Virus record (IMG/VR): IMGVR_UViG_3300031857_000082
Location: 1 to 64,000 of that record
Source of the DNA: a virus
Length of the DNA: 64,000 nucleotides
Strand: one strand, 5' to 3'
Of the stretch, positions 39,289-49,218 are shown in pieces (position 1 is the first letter of the stretch; every line of letters begins with the position of its first letter). The notes beneath the pieces were generated by a model. It was not told the origin of the DNA, did no database searches, and worked only from the letters and a program-made list of their open reading frames with translations. The position numbers and the translations under genes are program-made.

Positions 39289-40845
39289 TTATTCTTGAGA
39301 TCTACCTTCACCCTGGGCATTTCGTCCAGTAGTGGTGGATGCAGAATCGGAAGCATTATCTGTTCTCTGTTGGTCTCTACTTCTATTTCCAGTTGATTGA
39401 GCGACTTGTTCTGCTCTGGCTTGTGCACCTAGAACAATGGGGTCTGAGCCGCCAGGTCTAACTGGATACCCTAATCTTTCACGAACTTCATTTGGAACAA
39501 CTACCTGCATACGTAGGTATCTCTCGTCAATTTGACTTTGAGTTTGTTCGTCTGTCAATGTTAGTTCATTGAATTTAAGGGCAAGCATATCTGTTTTTTC
39601 CTTAACAATCTTGTTAATGGTTTTTTCTAGATTTCTTTGTGCTGGTCTTGCTACTTGTTCCTTAAATGTTCTATCTGCCACCAATGCTGATGCGATAGAA
39701 ACTCCCGCTCCACCACCAACTTTTGAATAAGGCACTTGGTGTGCCATTAAGATATCGTCACGATTTGACTTACGGTATTTTTCAAACGATCCGTCTTGAA
39801 TACCATTCTCAATTGGTTTTAGATCAAAATCTACTTTATTATCTGGTCCATCTCCAGGAAGAGGGATGTAGAGTGTTCTGTGGTTTTGTCCACGAAGTCC
39901 AGCCTGCATGAATCTAAAGAACTTATCTTCTGCTTCTGGGCTAAGTTTTGCACCCTTTACCAAGGCAATGTATCTAGGAACTGCTTTGTTTTCAAAGTAA
40001 TCAACATTGTATTTTGCTGCTAGTTCATTACCAACCATAGAAGTTGCTGCTGACACTGTATCTGGAACTCCATAGTATGAGTTCTTTGGAGAATACTTTT
40101 TAATATGAATTAGTTCATTTGGCCTATTGTCGCTTGTTACAGGGTTGATATTTCTTTGTTCTTGGAAGTTTCTAAAGTATACTACCTTTTGATTTACTAT
40201 TTGAATATACCCGTCACGCATACGGCGTACACGAATTGTGGTTGCTGGGATATGACCAATGTAACCAATATCTCCATTTACTTTTCTACCAATTTCAATG
40301 TATCCATTACCTACTGTTTCAACATCTGTATATACTTTTTCTAAAACATGTGTAAATGTATCTTCATCATTTAGGCTTTCTAGCCATTCGGTCATTTGAG
40401 CCTTAGTTCTTTGAATCTTTCTTTGTGCCCTCATTAATTGATCTTCTGATTCTGACTCTTCTAATTTTGCAACTGTTGAATCAGTCATTTCAAAACTATA
40501 TCCTAGCCCAACTGTATTGGCAACCTTTGCATTAATAGCGGCATGATTAGCATATGAATTTTCATAAAAGTATGCCAACTCATCTAGGTTATATGGTGGA
40601 AGGACTACGTCAAAAAGACCATAGGCTGTAACCATATCCATTTCTGGAAATAGTTGTTTTGATTTAGTATCGTCTATTCCTTGAAATGCTTTATTAACTG
40701 TTCTTGAAATTTTGCGTTTAAAATTTTGATGTAGCCCATCATAGGACTTTACAAGTTCTCCATCTGTTGTAAATGGATCGACCTTAGTTTTCTTTTCAAC
40801 CTTGTCTAAATTATCTATCCTTGCTATTGCTTCGTTATCTTCCAT
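39289..40845 (-). CDS. portal protein
   Basis: GNGYIEI, HIPATTIR, ELIHIK, YYGVP, YFENKAVP, NEVRERLGYP; start placed at ATG 40845. Confidence 0.92.
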   Translation of the reverse strand: MEDNEAIARIDNLDKVEKKTKVDPFTTDGELVKSYDGLHQNFKRKISRTVNKAFQGIDDTKSKQLFPEMDMVTAYGLFDVVLPPYNLDELAYFYENSYANHAAINAKVANTVGLGYSFEMTDSTVAKLEESESEDQLMRAQRKIQRTKAQMTEWLESLNDEDTFTHVLEKVYTDVETVGNGYIEIGRKVNGDIGYIGHIPATTIRVRRMRDGYIQIVNQKVVYFRNFQEQRNINPVTSDNRPNELIHIKKYSPKNSYYGVPDTVSAATSMVGNELAAKYNVDYFENKAVPRYIALVKGAKLSPEAEDKFFRFMQAGLRGQNHRTLYIPLPGDGPDNKVDFDLKPIENGIQDGSFEKYRKSNRDDILMAHQVPYSKVGGGAGVSIASALVADRTFKEQVARPAQRNLEKTINKIVKEKTDMLALKFNELTLTDEQTQSQIDERYLRMQVVVPNEVRERLGYPVRPGGSDPIVLGAQARAEQVAQSTGNRSRDQQRTDNASDSASTTTGRNAQGEGRSQE

Positions 40846-41200
40846 GTTTTCTAAAACCTTCTTCTGCTGCCATCCAGGCACCGATATCTGTTTGACTTGG
40901 GATTAAGCCATCTTTCATTCTTTGTGTTTGTTCTGCATATTCTTCATCTGTAACTCTAGTCACACCAGCCATGAATTCTACTTTGCCTTCTGGAGCACCA
41001 TAGTACTCTGCTGCTTTTCTTATCTTTGACATTTTTTCAATATCATAAGGTCTTCCAGGGATATTCATTATATTTCCCTTGCCATCTCCAAAGGGCTTGC
41101 CATCAAAGTCACATTTCCAGACATATATGCCCCAGTCAGACTTTTTTTCTACTACACTTACTCTAGGCTTACCATTATTTTTTAATTTCTTTGGATTCAT
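40835..41200 (-). CDS. hypothetical protein upstream of the portal (probably leaderless)
   Basis: TGGTATACT 7 nt before the ATG; overlaps the portal start. Confidence 0.8.
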   Translation of the reverse strand: MNPKKLKNNGKPRVSVVEKKSDWGIYVWKCDFDGKPFGDGKGNIMNIPGRPYDIEKMSKIRKAAEYYGAPEGKVEFMAGVTRVTDEEYAEQTQRMKDGLIPSQTDIGAWMAAEEGFRKHGR

Positions 41201-41218
41201 GTACTCAAGTATACCATA

Positions 41219-44200
41219 TTAAACTGCAGTGACATCTTTTTTGACCCAGGTTACGTTAGTTAATGCATCAAAACCATCTGAATTTGTTACAGCAGTTGCA
41301 GAATCATCAAATACTTGTTCAGAAAGACCTAGATAAGTCTTAAAAGTACTGTCTCCTGTTTGAGAAACGATATCTGTAATAGCAATTTCTCCCCATTGTT
41401 GCCAAGTTAGTGGTGTTGCTAACTGTGTTGGATAGTCCCAGTTTTGATCATCTATGTTTGTCCACTGCAAGCCAGTAGTTAACTTTGAGAAGAAGTTAAC
41501 AAATTCTTGTTGGAAGAATGCTATATTGTTGGCCAAGAATCCTTCATATATTTCAAACTTGCCCTTTTTACTATTAAGAGTTATGTCTGTACTATCTGTA
41601 AATGATATTAATATAGATGTCCATTCTAATGGGACGACTTTCATTTCATCTATAATTCTTCCATTAACAAAGAACTTGGCTCCTGTGTATAAAACATTAT
41701 TCTTATAGACTTTTAGGCTACCCCTTTTTCCATTTAATTCTGGAACTAGGTATATATCGTAATAATCATTGATTCCAGCATTTGCCTCTGTTGCTATAAT
41801 CGTTCCCATTTTTTGGGTAGAAGATATAGTTTTATCTTTGTTATAAAACATCCAGAACTGTAGACCAGTTAATTTGTAAGAGGAGGCCTCGTGGTCGTTT
41901 ATTGGAAATGAAAGACCTCTTAGTTTTGTAGATTGATATGGCAAAACTGCTATTCCAGAGTCACCAGTTAAATATAGATAAGGGGTTGAATCTCTATATA
42001 TTGTAAATGGGTTCTTTTCTTTATAGTCATAATTTAATCCAGATCTAGTAAATGGAATTATGGAGTGTCCACTCCTAGTGCCTATCTTATATTCAGAAGT
42101 TTCATCAAATGCTAATGAGGTTAGAGACATTCTTTTAATATTGACTGGCTTACTTTTTATACCTCTTACTCTCATTTCTAAATGAATGGTTATATAGTAG
42201 TTTTCAAAATCTATAAGTTCTTTAGGTGGATAGATGATTGTTCCATCTACTACCTCAAATTTTTTAGTAAGAGTTGAAAATTCTGGGACTAAGTCAAGGA
42301 CTCTTGATGCACCTATATTTTGAGTATTGGTATAACTTGAATATGTTTTCTTACCTACCAGTTTAAAATCTTGTAGTGTTATATATGACTTCATACTAAA
42401 TGCGTCTGCAACAGATGCTGAGTTTGTCATTGTTATTGGTCCTGGAACATCTATATTAAATTGAATTAAATCTAAATCATAATATGGAGAGGAGTTTGTA
42501 TCCTGAACATATGTTCCAAAGTATGAAAGGGGTAATGAATCTTCCCAATATCCAGCAGACCCTATATCAAAAAATATTTCCCCATAAGAACTTATTGGAA
42601 GAAATGTATAACTACCAACGTAAGTAAATGGGTATAGACCTTCATTGTTAGCCTCTGCCTCAGTAAAGAACATAGTTCCATTGGTATTTATTAGTTCTGA
42701 AGTGTCCTTTATGGTAAACATCTTATTATTAAATGTTAATGATCTTATCTTTCCTGTAAAGACTTTATCTTCATACCCGCCTAGGTTTAATGATACATTT
42801 TGAGGATTATTAAAAAAGTTTCCTATAATAGCAAAATTGCTTTTAATTAACTCTTCTAACTCAATACCAACAAATAGGTCCTGAGATGCTGATGCTGAAT
42901 AGTTTGCTATTTGATATGTAGATGCTGATGTTTGAAATTCATAACTAAGTCCACTTTGACTCAAGCATATTTTAAACTTGTCAGAAGTAAATGAGTTGGT
43001 AAATGTCATTATAGGCTCTCTGTTTGAATAAGTAGGCAAAGACTGTGGTGCTTCAAATACTCCAAAGATAGACGCTACTGGACTATTTATTGTATTTATA
43101 GAATTAAAATATATTGATCCGAGAACATTATCGTAAGAAGCATTTGGCCTCATTTTGATAAAGGTAGGTTCTCCATTTTGAATATTGTAATTGTCTATTA
43201 AAAAGTTATTAGATATATCATCATCTATTGTTACAGATGCTGAGGTATAAGAAAACTTAATTTCTGGAAGTTCATAATCAACAAAAGAAAGAGATCTTGA
43301 GTTACCGTTTAGATTTGAAAAAAATCCAGAAGACCATCTGTTCATATCTGGATAGGTCATTGAGGATGTATATTTTGCAAATGGAAAGTCAACAAAGAAA
43401 GATTCTCCTTTAAAGTCGCTTACTATTTCTTCTGGGTTATCCACAGCCTGTGCATAAACAAACCTTCTTCTTGCTATTTGTTCTGGAACAATATATGGAT
43501 AGATTGCAACAGCATCTAATTCAAATGGATAAACCGTATTGTGGGAATAAAATCCTAACCAATCATGACTTGAACTAGCAAAATTTACATTATTTACATC
43601 TATGTCCATGTCTATAACTAAGTCTCCATTTAACAAAACACTAACATTAGAACTGGTATATCTAATATCTAATAACATTGGCCTATACCATTTGCCAACA
43701 AAATATGATTTTGTATAAGATCCTACCTTTAATGTTAAAAATTCTTGTTCTACATAAAGTCCATCTGAATTACTTACTGGGCCAAATACTCTTATTGGCT
43801 CTTGAGAATCTGTGTAAACTCTTATCCAAAATTCTGCAGTTAGGTTTTTATACTTGCCGTTATCATTTAAAAATGTTTTTCCAGGTATTGCTATTGACGG
43901 AACTCCTGAATCAATTGGACTATTAACCCTGGTTATATTTCCAGATCCAAATACCATAGGAAGGCTTGTATTGTTAGCAAGCATTTTATTTCTATTTATA
44001 AAATAGTACCCTGTGTCTTCATCGTTAAATCCGTATGGTTGTATTTGAGATACTTTATAGGCACTAGCATTTACCGATATAGCACTAGATAAAGAATTGT
44101 CTGATAGTACTATTGGCTTAGTTCCAGAGGTGTCTCTGTTGTAAACTTCAGACCATTGAGCAAACGATACTCCATTAAAATAAACGTTAAAGTTAGATCC

Positions 44201-44704
44201 AGTAGATTCAAAATTTAAATAACCAACTCTTACTATTGGTTTGAATGTTGATGATGTTGGAATATCTACTGAGTAAGAAGCGTGTGTCCATGTTGAGGGA
44301 CTTTCGTTTTCAAATCTTTTATAAGTAACGCTTCCAGATACATCTATCCCTAAATCTATATAGTCTACTGTTGTTCCAGAAAAAAACCAGGTACTTAAAG
44401 ATATTGATCTTTTATCTGTATCTATATTTGATTCAGTAAAATAGGTTGGAAAAGTTGAGGTTGTAACTGATACGCTTGCAGACTTTGTAATATAAGATAA
44501 GCCGTCTTCTAATATTGGTCTATTTGGGTATGTAGAAGATGCTACCGAAGCAGATGTCCCACCCGAAGTATTCCAGGTAGATAGGCTCTGAGTGGAGGCA
44601 CTAAGTAGATTTGTAAAAGCAAAATCTTCATCTAGTGTCCATAAGGCTATTGGATGTTCTGCAAATATTTTTGAAGCATATAGATTAGAAACGGTATATG
44701 ACAT
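41219..44704 (-). CDS. large virion protein with LamG/concanavalin-like beta domains (1161 aa)
   Basis: EHPIALWTLDE N-terminus, LTAEFWIR and ELDAVAIY LamG-like motifs; Ser/Thr-rich. Confidence 0.6.
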   Translation of the reverse strand: MSYTVSNLYASKIFAEHPIALWTLDEDFAFTNLLSASTQSLSTWNTSGGTSASVASSTYPNRPILEDGLSYITKSASVSVTTSTFPTYFTESNIDTDKRSISLSTWFFSGTTVDYIDLGIDVSGSVTYKRFENESPSTWTHASYSVDIPTSSTFKPIVRVGYLNFESTGSNFNVYFNGVSFAQWSEVYNRDTSGTKPIVLSDNSLSSAISVNASAYKVSQIQPYGFNDEDTGYYFINRNKMLANNTSLPMVFGSGNITRVNSPIDSGVPSIAIPGKTFLNDNGKYKNLTAEFWIRVYTDSQEPIRVFGPVSNSDGLYVEQEFLTLKVGSYTKSYFVGKWYRPMLLDIRYTSSNVSVLLNGDLVIDMDIDVNNVNFASSSHDWLGFYSHNTVYPFELDAVAIYPYIVPEQIARRRFVYAQAVDNPEEIVSDFKGESFFVDFPFAKYTSSMTYPDMNRWSSGFFSNLNGNSRSLSFVDYELPEIKFSYTSASVTIDDDISNNFLIDNYNIQNGEPTFIKMRPNASYDNVLGSIYFNSINTINSPVASIFGVFEAPQSLPTYSNREPIMTFTNSFTSDKFKICLSQSGLSYEFQTSASTYQIANYSASASQDLFVGIELEELIKSNFAIIGNFFNNPQNVSLNLGGYEDKVFTGKIRSLTFNNKMFTIKDTSELINTNGTMFFTEAEANNEGLYPFTYVGSYTFLPISSYGEIFFDIGSAGYWEDSLPLSYFGTYVQDTNSSPYYDLDLIQFNIDVPGPITMTNSASVADAFSMKSYITLQDFKLVGKKTYSSYTNTQNIGASRVLDLVPEFSTLTKKFEVVDGTIIYPPKELIDFENYYITIHLEMRVRGIKSKPVNIKRMSLTSLAFDETSEYKIGTRSGHSIIPFTRSGLNYDYKEKNPFTIYRDSTPYLYLTGDSGIAVLPYQSTKLRGLSFPINDHEASSYKLTGLQFWMFYNKDKTISSTQKMGTIIATEANAGINDYYDIYLVPELNGKRGSLKVYKNNVLYTGAKFFVNGRIIDEMKVVPLEWTSILISFTDSTDITLNSKKGKFEIYEGFLANNIAFFQQEFVNFFSKLTTGLQWTNIDDQNWDYPTQLATPLTWQQWGEIAITDIVSQTGDSTFKTYLGLSEQVFDDSATAVTNSDGFDALTNVTWVKKDVTAV

Positions 44705-44733
44705 TTTTACCTCTAATCTATTTTAGCATGCGG

Positions 44734-46674
44734 CTACTTGCTAATATCTACTATTTCGCATACCCCTGCTACACAAGACAATTCTTGGCTTCCAGTTGTG
44801 CCATCTTCTTTTTCGTACATAGAAAGCATTTCCCATTGAATATTTGAAGGAGATTTTTTTACCCATTCTTCATACTCATCTTTATAAATTTCTTGATATG
44901 GGGCTTGCTTATAAGTATGTTCACTCGCTGGTAAGAAAGATACACCACCAATTGAATCAAAGTTATCAAAAACCCATGCACCTACTCTTAGCCATTCATC
45001 TTCATGAACGTTGATCGTAACACTAGGGTTATGTTCTGTCCAATAAGTTCTATAAATCTTCCACATCTCTAGATGATCTATGGCTGTTAAATCTTTTGTT
45101 ATTGTTGCATTTTTTGGAGCCTTTTGAGGAAAATAAAATACTGTTGTTTCATCAGGCTTCATTACATCTGGTTCGTTTGGAACTCCTGAATCTTTTAAAA
45201 ATTGTGTTAATGGATCATTGTTTGAACCACGAACACTTCTAATATAATATTCTGAATACCACGGATGAATTCCGCTAGACACCCCGACCAGTTGACTTAC
45301 AGTGCCAGAAGGCTTAACACAAGTAATTGATACAGAAGGATTGATGTTTAATTTCTTTGCTTCGTGATCATTAACCCTAACTGACTCTAATCTCATATCA
45401 GTCAACAACTGCTCTAATGCTTTTCCTGCTGTTGAAGTAATCTTATTGCCATAGATTCCCGTTAAAGAAACTCCTAGCAATCTTTCTTCTTCACAATTAT
45501 CTTTCCATGTTTTGCGAAGATATTTAAAATTGGTCAAGGTTGACTGCCATGTTCCTAGGATAGTGGCTAGTTTAACTTTTTCCATTAAATCTTCTCTAGT
45601 GTCTTCTGCAGAAATAACTACTTCTGTTAAATTGCAAAATTCATTTGGGCGAAGAATAATTTCTCCACATGGATTTGTTCCTGCAATTAACGAGGCATCT
45701 CTTCTTCCAAAAGACTCTACGTGTTTACGTACTGAGTCAATATTGTAAATTCCTCTTTCTCCAGATTTTGATTCGTAAAGATTTCTCCATTCACGTAGGA
45801 ACTGTGCTGTGTTTGGCTTAGTGTTATAAACTGCTGAATTGTTTGCCAAAGATCTTTGTGCTTGAGTTTCCCACCAAGATCCACTTTTTGCTTTTGCCAT
45901 TTCAAAATCATCAAGATTAGAAAGGCTGATTAAAGCACTACGGCGAACTCCTCCAACTACAACCACTTCTCCAACCTTACACATTAGATCATGTGCTTCA
46001 ATTGGTTTTAATCTACGACCTGCAGCATTTTTAAAAGTATCTGTTGTAAATGTAAATAATGCACTTAGTGGCCCTGGTCCAGAAGCACGACCACCAAAAG
46101 TTTTTAGTCTTGCTCCTGCAGGACGAACTTTTGACATATCCCATTGTGGTATTTGACCTTGTGATAATAATGCAATTAATTCTTTAAATGCTTTTGCCCA
46201 TCCAAGTTTAGAATCTTCTACAACAATGGTAGTTGCTGTTTGATTAAATGATTCTGCAATTATAGGAAGTTCATCTACATATTTTGCTTCTACTGAAAAC
46301 CCTACCCCAGTTCCGTTCATCAATACATACATTGCTTCATCAAATGCACGTAGACTGTCTACTGCAATAAAAGAACAGTTGTATGCTGCAATATGATCAC
46401 GTTCTAATGCTGGACCTGCAGTCATCAATGCTCTCATTGAAGGCATAATTCTATGACTTAAAATTGCTTCTTTAACTTCGTCAAAAATTTTAGCATTTGG
46501 GCTATAGCCATAATTTAATACTAGATGATCTTTCATAAAGTTAATATAACGATCGACTGTTTCTACCCAAGTTTCTCTTCTATTTTTTTCTTCTATCCAC
46601 CTTGCATATCTTGAGATATGTATAAAGTTTTTGTATGGGTCTGTTATAGATCCGTTTTCATTAATAAATGACAT
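44734..46674 (-). CDS. nrdJ: class II adenosylcobalamin-dependent ribonucleotide reductase (monomeric RTPR type)
   Basis: PSMRAL, YNCSF, GTGVGF, GGVRRSA, catalytic TNPCGE, TCVKPSGT and a C-terminal CxxxxC pair; no nrdB in the window. Confidence 0.92.
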   Translation of the reverse strand: MSFINENGSITDPYKNFIHISRYARWIEEKNRRETWVETVDRYINFMKDHLVLNYGYSPNAKIFDEVKEAILSHRIMPSMRALMTAGPALERDHIAAYNCSFIAVDSLRAFDEAMYVLMNGTGVGFSVEAKYVDELPIIAESFNQTATTIVVEDSKLGWAKAFKELIALLSQGQIPQWDMSKVRPAGARLKTFGGRASGPGPLSALFTFTTDTFKNAAGRRLKPIEAHDLMCKVGEVVVVGGVRRSALISLSNLDDFEMAKAKSGSWWETQAQRSLANNSAVYNTKPNTAQFLREWRNLYESKSGERGIYNIDSVRKHVESFGRRDASLIAGTNPCGEIILRPNEFCNLTEVVISAEDTREDLMEKVKLATILGTWQSTLTNFKYLRKTWKDNCEEERLLGVSLTGIYGNKITSTAGKALEQLLTDMRLESVRVNDHEAKKLNINPSVSITCVKPSGTVSQLVGVSSGIHPWYSEYYIRSVRGSNNDPLTQFLKDSGVPNEPDVMKPDETTVFYFPQKAPKNATITKDLTAIDHLEMWKIYRTYWTEHNPSVTINVHEDEWLRVGAWVFDNFDSIGGVSFLPASEHTYKQAPYQEIYKDEYEEWVKKSPSNIQWEMLSMYEKEDGTTGSQELSCVAGVCEIVDISK

Positions 46675-46716
46675 AATTCTTCCAACTCCTGATTTTTTGA
46701 TTTATGAGATAATAGT

Positions 46717-46745
46717 ATTCTACACTAGTTTATGAGAGAGGTCAA
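46717..46745 (-). promoter_or_regulatory. nrdJ promoter
   Basis: TTGACC-N17-TAGAAT with TG extension. Confidence 0.65.
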
Positions 46746-46748
46746 TAT

Positions 46749-46976
46749 ATGTTATCAGTCCAGGAAGTAACCTTTTATAACAATTTAGTTGAAAAGGGTA
46801 ATGCAGGAAAAATAAACTGTCCTTTTGATACTAATGATGTTGTTGTTACTAAAGTTAATGATAAAGATGAAGTATATTTTAAATGCCTTGGCTGCGATAC
46901 AATATTTTATCCAGGTTTAAAAATAGAGCAAATAATTAAAAATACAATAAATACTTTTGCTGCTAATAAAAAATAA
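46749..46976 (+). CDS. small zinc-finger-like protein
   Basis: GAGG RBS; CPFD...CLGC..YPG; one of only two plus-strand genes. Confidence 0.75.
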   Translation: MLSVQEVTFYNNLVEKGNAGKINCPFDTNDVVVTKVNDKDEVYFKCLGCDTIFYPGLKIEQIIKNTINTFAANKK

Positions 46977-46977
46977 A

Positions 46978-47057
46978 ATAGTATCACAAATGCACAAATT
47001 TGTCAATTATAACAATTTTTATAAATAGTTGATTTTCTGGAATAAAAGGGTTATACT
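46978..47057. promoter_or_regulatory. back-to-back divergent promoters
   Basis: Minus strand: TTGACA(47006-47001)-N17-TACTAT(46983-46978). Plus strand: TTGATT(47029-34)-N17-TATACT(47052-57). Confidence 0.6.
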
Positions 47058-47097
47058 AGTAGGGTATCTAAAAATGGCTTCTTCAAGGAGGTAACTT

Positions 47098-47607
47098 ATG
47101 AAGAAAGTATTATTAGCATTATTGGCATTTATTATTGTAGGAACGTATATTAATCGACTGGATAGATCGTATATTCAATACCCCGCAGAACCGTTAGTGG
47201 TCGTCCCAGAGGGACAGACCACTTCAAGTGTTTTAGGGGCTGTAAAGGCCGCTAGAGAGGCTTCTAGCACCATTGCAGCACGCTCTAGGGCTAGGTTTGA
47301 AGATCCTAAATCAGACAAGGCTATTTCTGCCTATCAAGAGTATTTAAAAGACATAGTTCCAGATCAAGAAGAATCTTGTTATTTTAAAATTGTTGATAGA
47401 GAAAGTGATTGGAATCCTCTTGCTCAAAATCCAAAATCTACAGCATTTGGAATAGGTCAATTCTTAAATAGCACTTGGGGATTAGTAGACTATAAAAAGA
47501 CTAAAAACCCATATGATCAAATTGATGCAATGGTTCTATATGTTAAATTAATTTACGGTGATGGATGTAATGCTTGGCATTTTAAAAGCCAGCACGGTTG
47601 GTATTAA
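47098..47607 (+). CDS. membrane-anchored/secreted SLT-like lytic transglycosylase
   Basis: Signal/TM N-terminus; RESDWNPLAQNPKSTAFGIGQFL, NPYDQI..YG..CNAW....GWY, as in actinobacterial SLT proteins; AAGGAGG RBS. Confidence 0.88.
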   Translation: MKKVLLALLAFIIVGTYINRLDRSYIQYPAEPLVVVPEGQTTSSVLGAVKAAREASSTIAARSRARFEDPKSDKAISAYQEYLKDIVPDQEESCYFKIVDRESDWNPLAQNPKSTAFGIGQFLNSTWGLVDYKKTKNPYDQIDAMVLYVKLIYGDGCNAWHFKSQHGWY

Positions 47608-48695
47608 AGTTCTCTAATTTCTTTATAAACCTTATCCCATTCAGGACCACGTTTTTCCATGGTATGGAACTCTCTAACTATTTCCATATTACGTTGTCTT
47701 TCTTTATTCCTTACCTTTTGATTTGATAGTTCTTCTAAATGAGATATCCATTCATCTTCAGTATGGGCTATTCTTCCTACCCCAAATTCTTCATTAAGAT
47801 ATGTATATTCTTCAAAGTCTGTAGAGATCCATGGAACTCCTGCTGCTGTGTACTCAAGACCTTTAATAAATGATTTTGCTCTATTAAATTCAACATGGTT
47901 TAGTGGAACAATTCCTATGTCTATTTTATTAAACATCTTTGTATAACTTAATATTGGCTGCATACCTTCTGATGAATATAGTTTATGTGGTATTCCTAAT
48001 TGCTCTTCTACTGTAGGAGCATTTATAATATGTCCTGAATGATGAAATCTCCAACTTTTCTTTTCTAAGAATTGTCCTAAGAATGGATTTAATGTTTGAA
48101 GATCATTAGAACGCCAAGGTGTTGCTCCAACCCAGCCAACGGTAGGGTATAAGCCAGATAGATCTTTTCTAAAATTAAAGTATTGATTGTCTATTCCATT
48201 ACGAACCATAAATATTGGTTTGTTAGGATATTCTTTTTTGTAGTAATTATATAAAAATGGGGTAGAGGTAACTAAAGCATCTGCTAAATCCATACCTTTG
48301 AAATAGTGATCTCTATTGTTTTTAGGATTAGTCTTAGGATCTGTTGCTACATAAGCCATATTAGATGGCTCTAGTCCAGCGTGATGATCGTCTATATCTA
48401 TAACTATTTTTTGACCTATAGATTGTGCTTGAGGTATTTGTTCAACTATACTTTCAAGCATCATTAATTTTAATACAACAATGTCCCAGCCGTGTATTGC
48501 TTTTTTGTCTGGTATTAATAAACCATATCCATGCTTTGGGTCAAACCCAGGAAATCCCATTCCTGTTTCCCAACCAAGTTTTTTTAATTCTGTCATTGGC
48601 AAGTAGCAACGATACCAAGCACATCCATTTGGTTGTAGAGGATTGGTTCCAAAAGCCCAGTCATAAGTTAAAAATGCTATTGTTGGCTTTGCCAT
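47604..48695 (-). CDS. GT-B glycosyltransferase (family 4-like)
   Basis: CAWYRC, IDIDD, VTST, RNGID, VGWVG, DIGIVPL, FNRAKSFIKGLEYTAAGVP; start placed at ATG 48695. Confidence 0.88.
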   Translation of the reverse strand: MAKPTIAFLTYDWAFGTNPLQPNGCAWYRCYLPMTELKKLGWETGMGFPGFDPKHGYGLLIPDKKAIHGWDIVVLKLMMLESIVEQIPQAQSIGQKIVIDIDDHHAGLEPSNMAYVATDPKTNPKNNRDHYFKGMDLADALVTSTPFLYNYYKKEYPNKPIFMVRNGIDNQYFNFRKDLSGLYPTVGWVGATPWRSNDLQTLNPFLGQFLEKKSWRFHHSGHIINAPTVEEQLGIPHKLYSSEGMQPILSYTKMFNKIDIGIVPLNHVEFNRAKSFIKGLEYTAAGVPWISTDFEEYTYLNEEFGVGRIAHTEDEWISHLEELSNQKVRNKERQRNMEIVREFHTMEKRGPEWDKVYKEIREL

Positions 48696-48713
48696 TATAT
48701 TCTTTCTCTGAGA

Positions 48714-48743
48714 AGAAGGGGTAGGATTTTGTCCCACCCCTTC
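48714..48743 (-). terminator. stem-loop between the holin-like gene and the glycosyltransferase (terminator or attenuator)
   Basis: GAAGGGGTGGGA-CAAAA-TCCTACCCCTTC stem with a weak U tract. Confidence 0.55.
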
Positions 48744-48760
48744 GTATATCTAATTTATAA

Positions 48761-49003
48761 CTATTTCTTTTTAGAAGCAGTTTTTGCTGCTACTGCGTTA
48801 ATTCCAAACTTTGTATCTTTTGGATTAACAGCACGAATGACTACCCATGCTGCTGCTGATAATGCTGAGTTTAGGATTGTACCTAAAGCATCTCCACTTA
48901 AAGCAGAAAAATCTGCTCCAGAAGCAGTGAATTGTGTAATTAATGCAATTACAAAAGCATTTACTGCTGACTCTAGCACTTTCTTGTTTAGTAATGATTC
49001 CAT
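48761..49003 (-). CDS. holin-like small membrane protein
   Basis: Two hydrophobic helices, IRAVNPKD..FG motif, basic C-terminus, AGGAGG RBS. Confidence 0.6.
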   Translation of the reverse strand: MESLLNKKVLESAVNAFVIALITQFTASGADFSALSGDALGTILNSALSAAAWVVIRAVNPKDTKFGINAVAAKTASKKK

Positions 49004-49032
49004 TATTTGTCCTCCTTTAAGAACATTAGATA

Positions 49033-49062
49033 ATTGTACCTTACATAGTTAACCATTGTCAA
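49033..49062 (-). promoter_or_regulatory. promoter of the holin-like gene
   Basis: TTGACA-N18-TACAAT. Confidence 0.55.
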
Positions 49063-49218
49063 CTACCACTTGCCTATAGGGCAAGAAGCCTCTGGTATGC
49101 CAACCTTTAAAGGCATAATACATGCACATAAATCACATTGTTTTGTTGTTTTAAAAAGATGTTCGCATGACTTACAAATGTCATATCTTTCTTTTGGATC
49201 AACAATCTTATTGTCCAT
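49063..49218 (-). CDS. small Cys-rich protein (DUF6171-like)
   Basis: RYDICKSCE...CDLCAC...K...SCPIGKW; start placed at ATG 49218. Confidence 0.75.
   Translation of the reverse strand: MDNKIVDPKERYDICKSCEHLFKTTKQCDLCACIMPLKVGIPEASCPIGKW

Noticed and set aside
46700-46745. NrdR box upstream of nrdJ
   Set aside because: No convincing match to the palindromic NrdR consensus.
47058-47268. c-di-AMP (ydaO) or cobalamin riboswitch near the SLT and nrdJ genes
   Set aside because: The leaders are too short, the hairpin lies inside the CDS, and I could not recognise consensus motifs; only an Rfam search would settle it.
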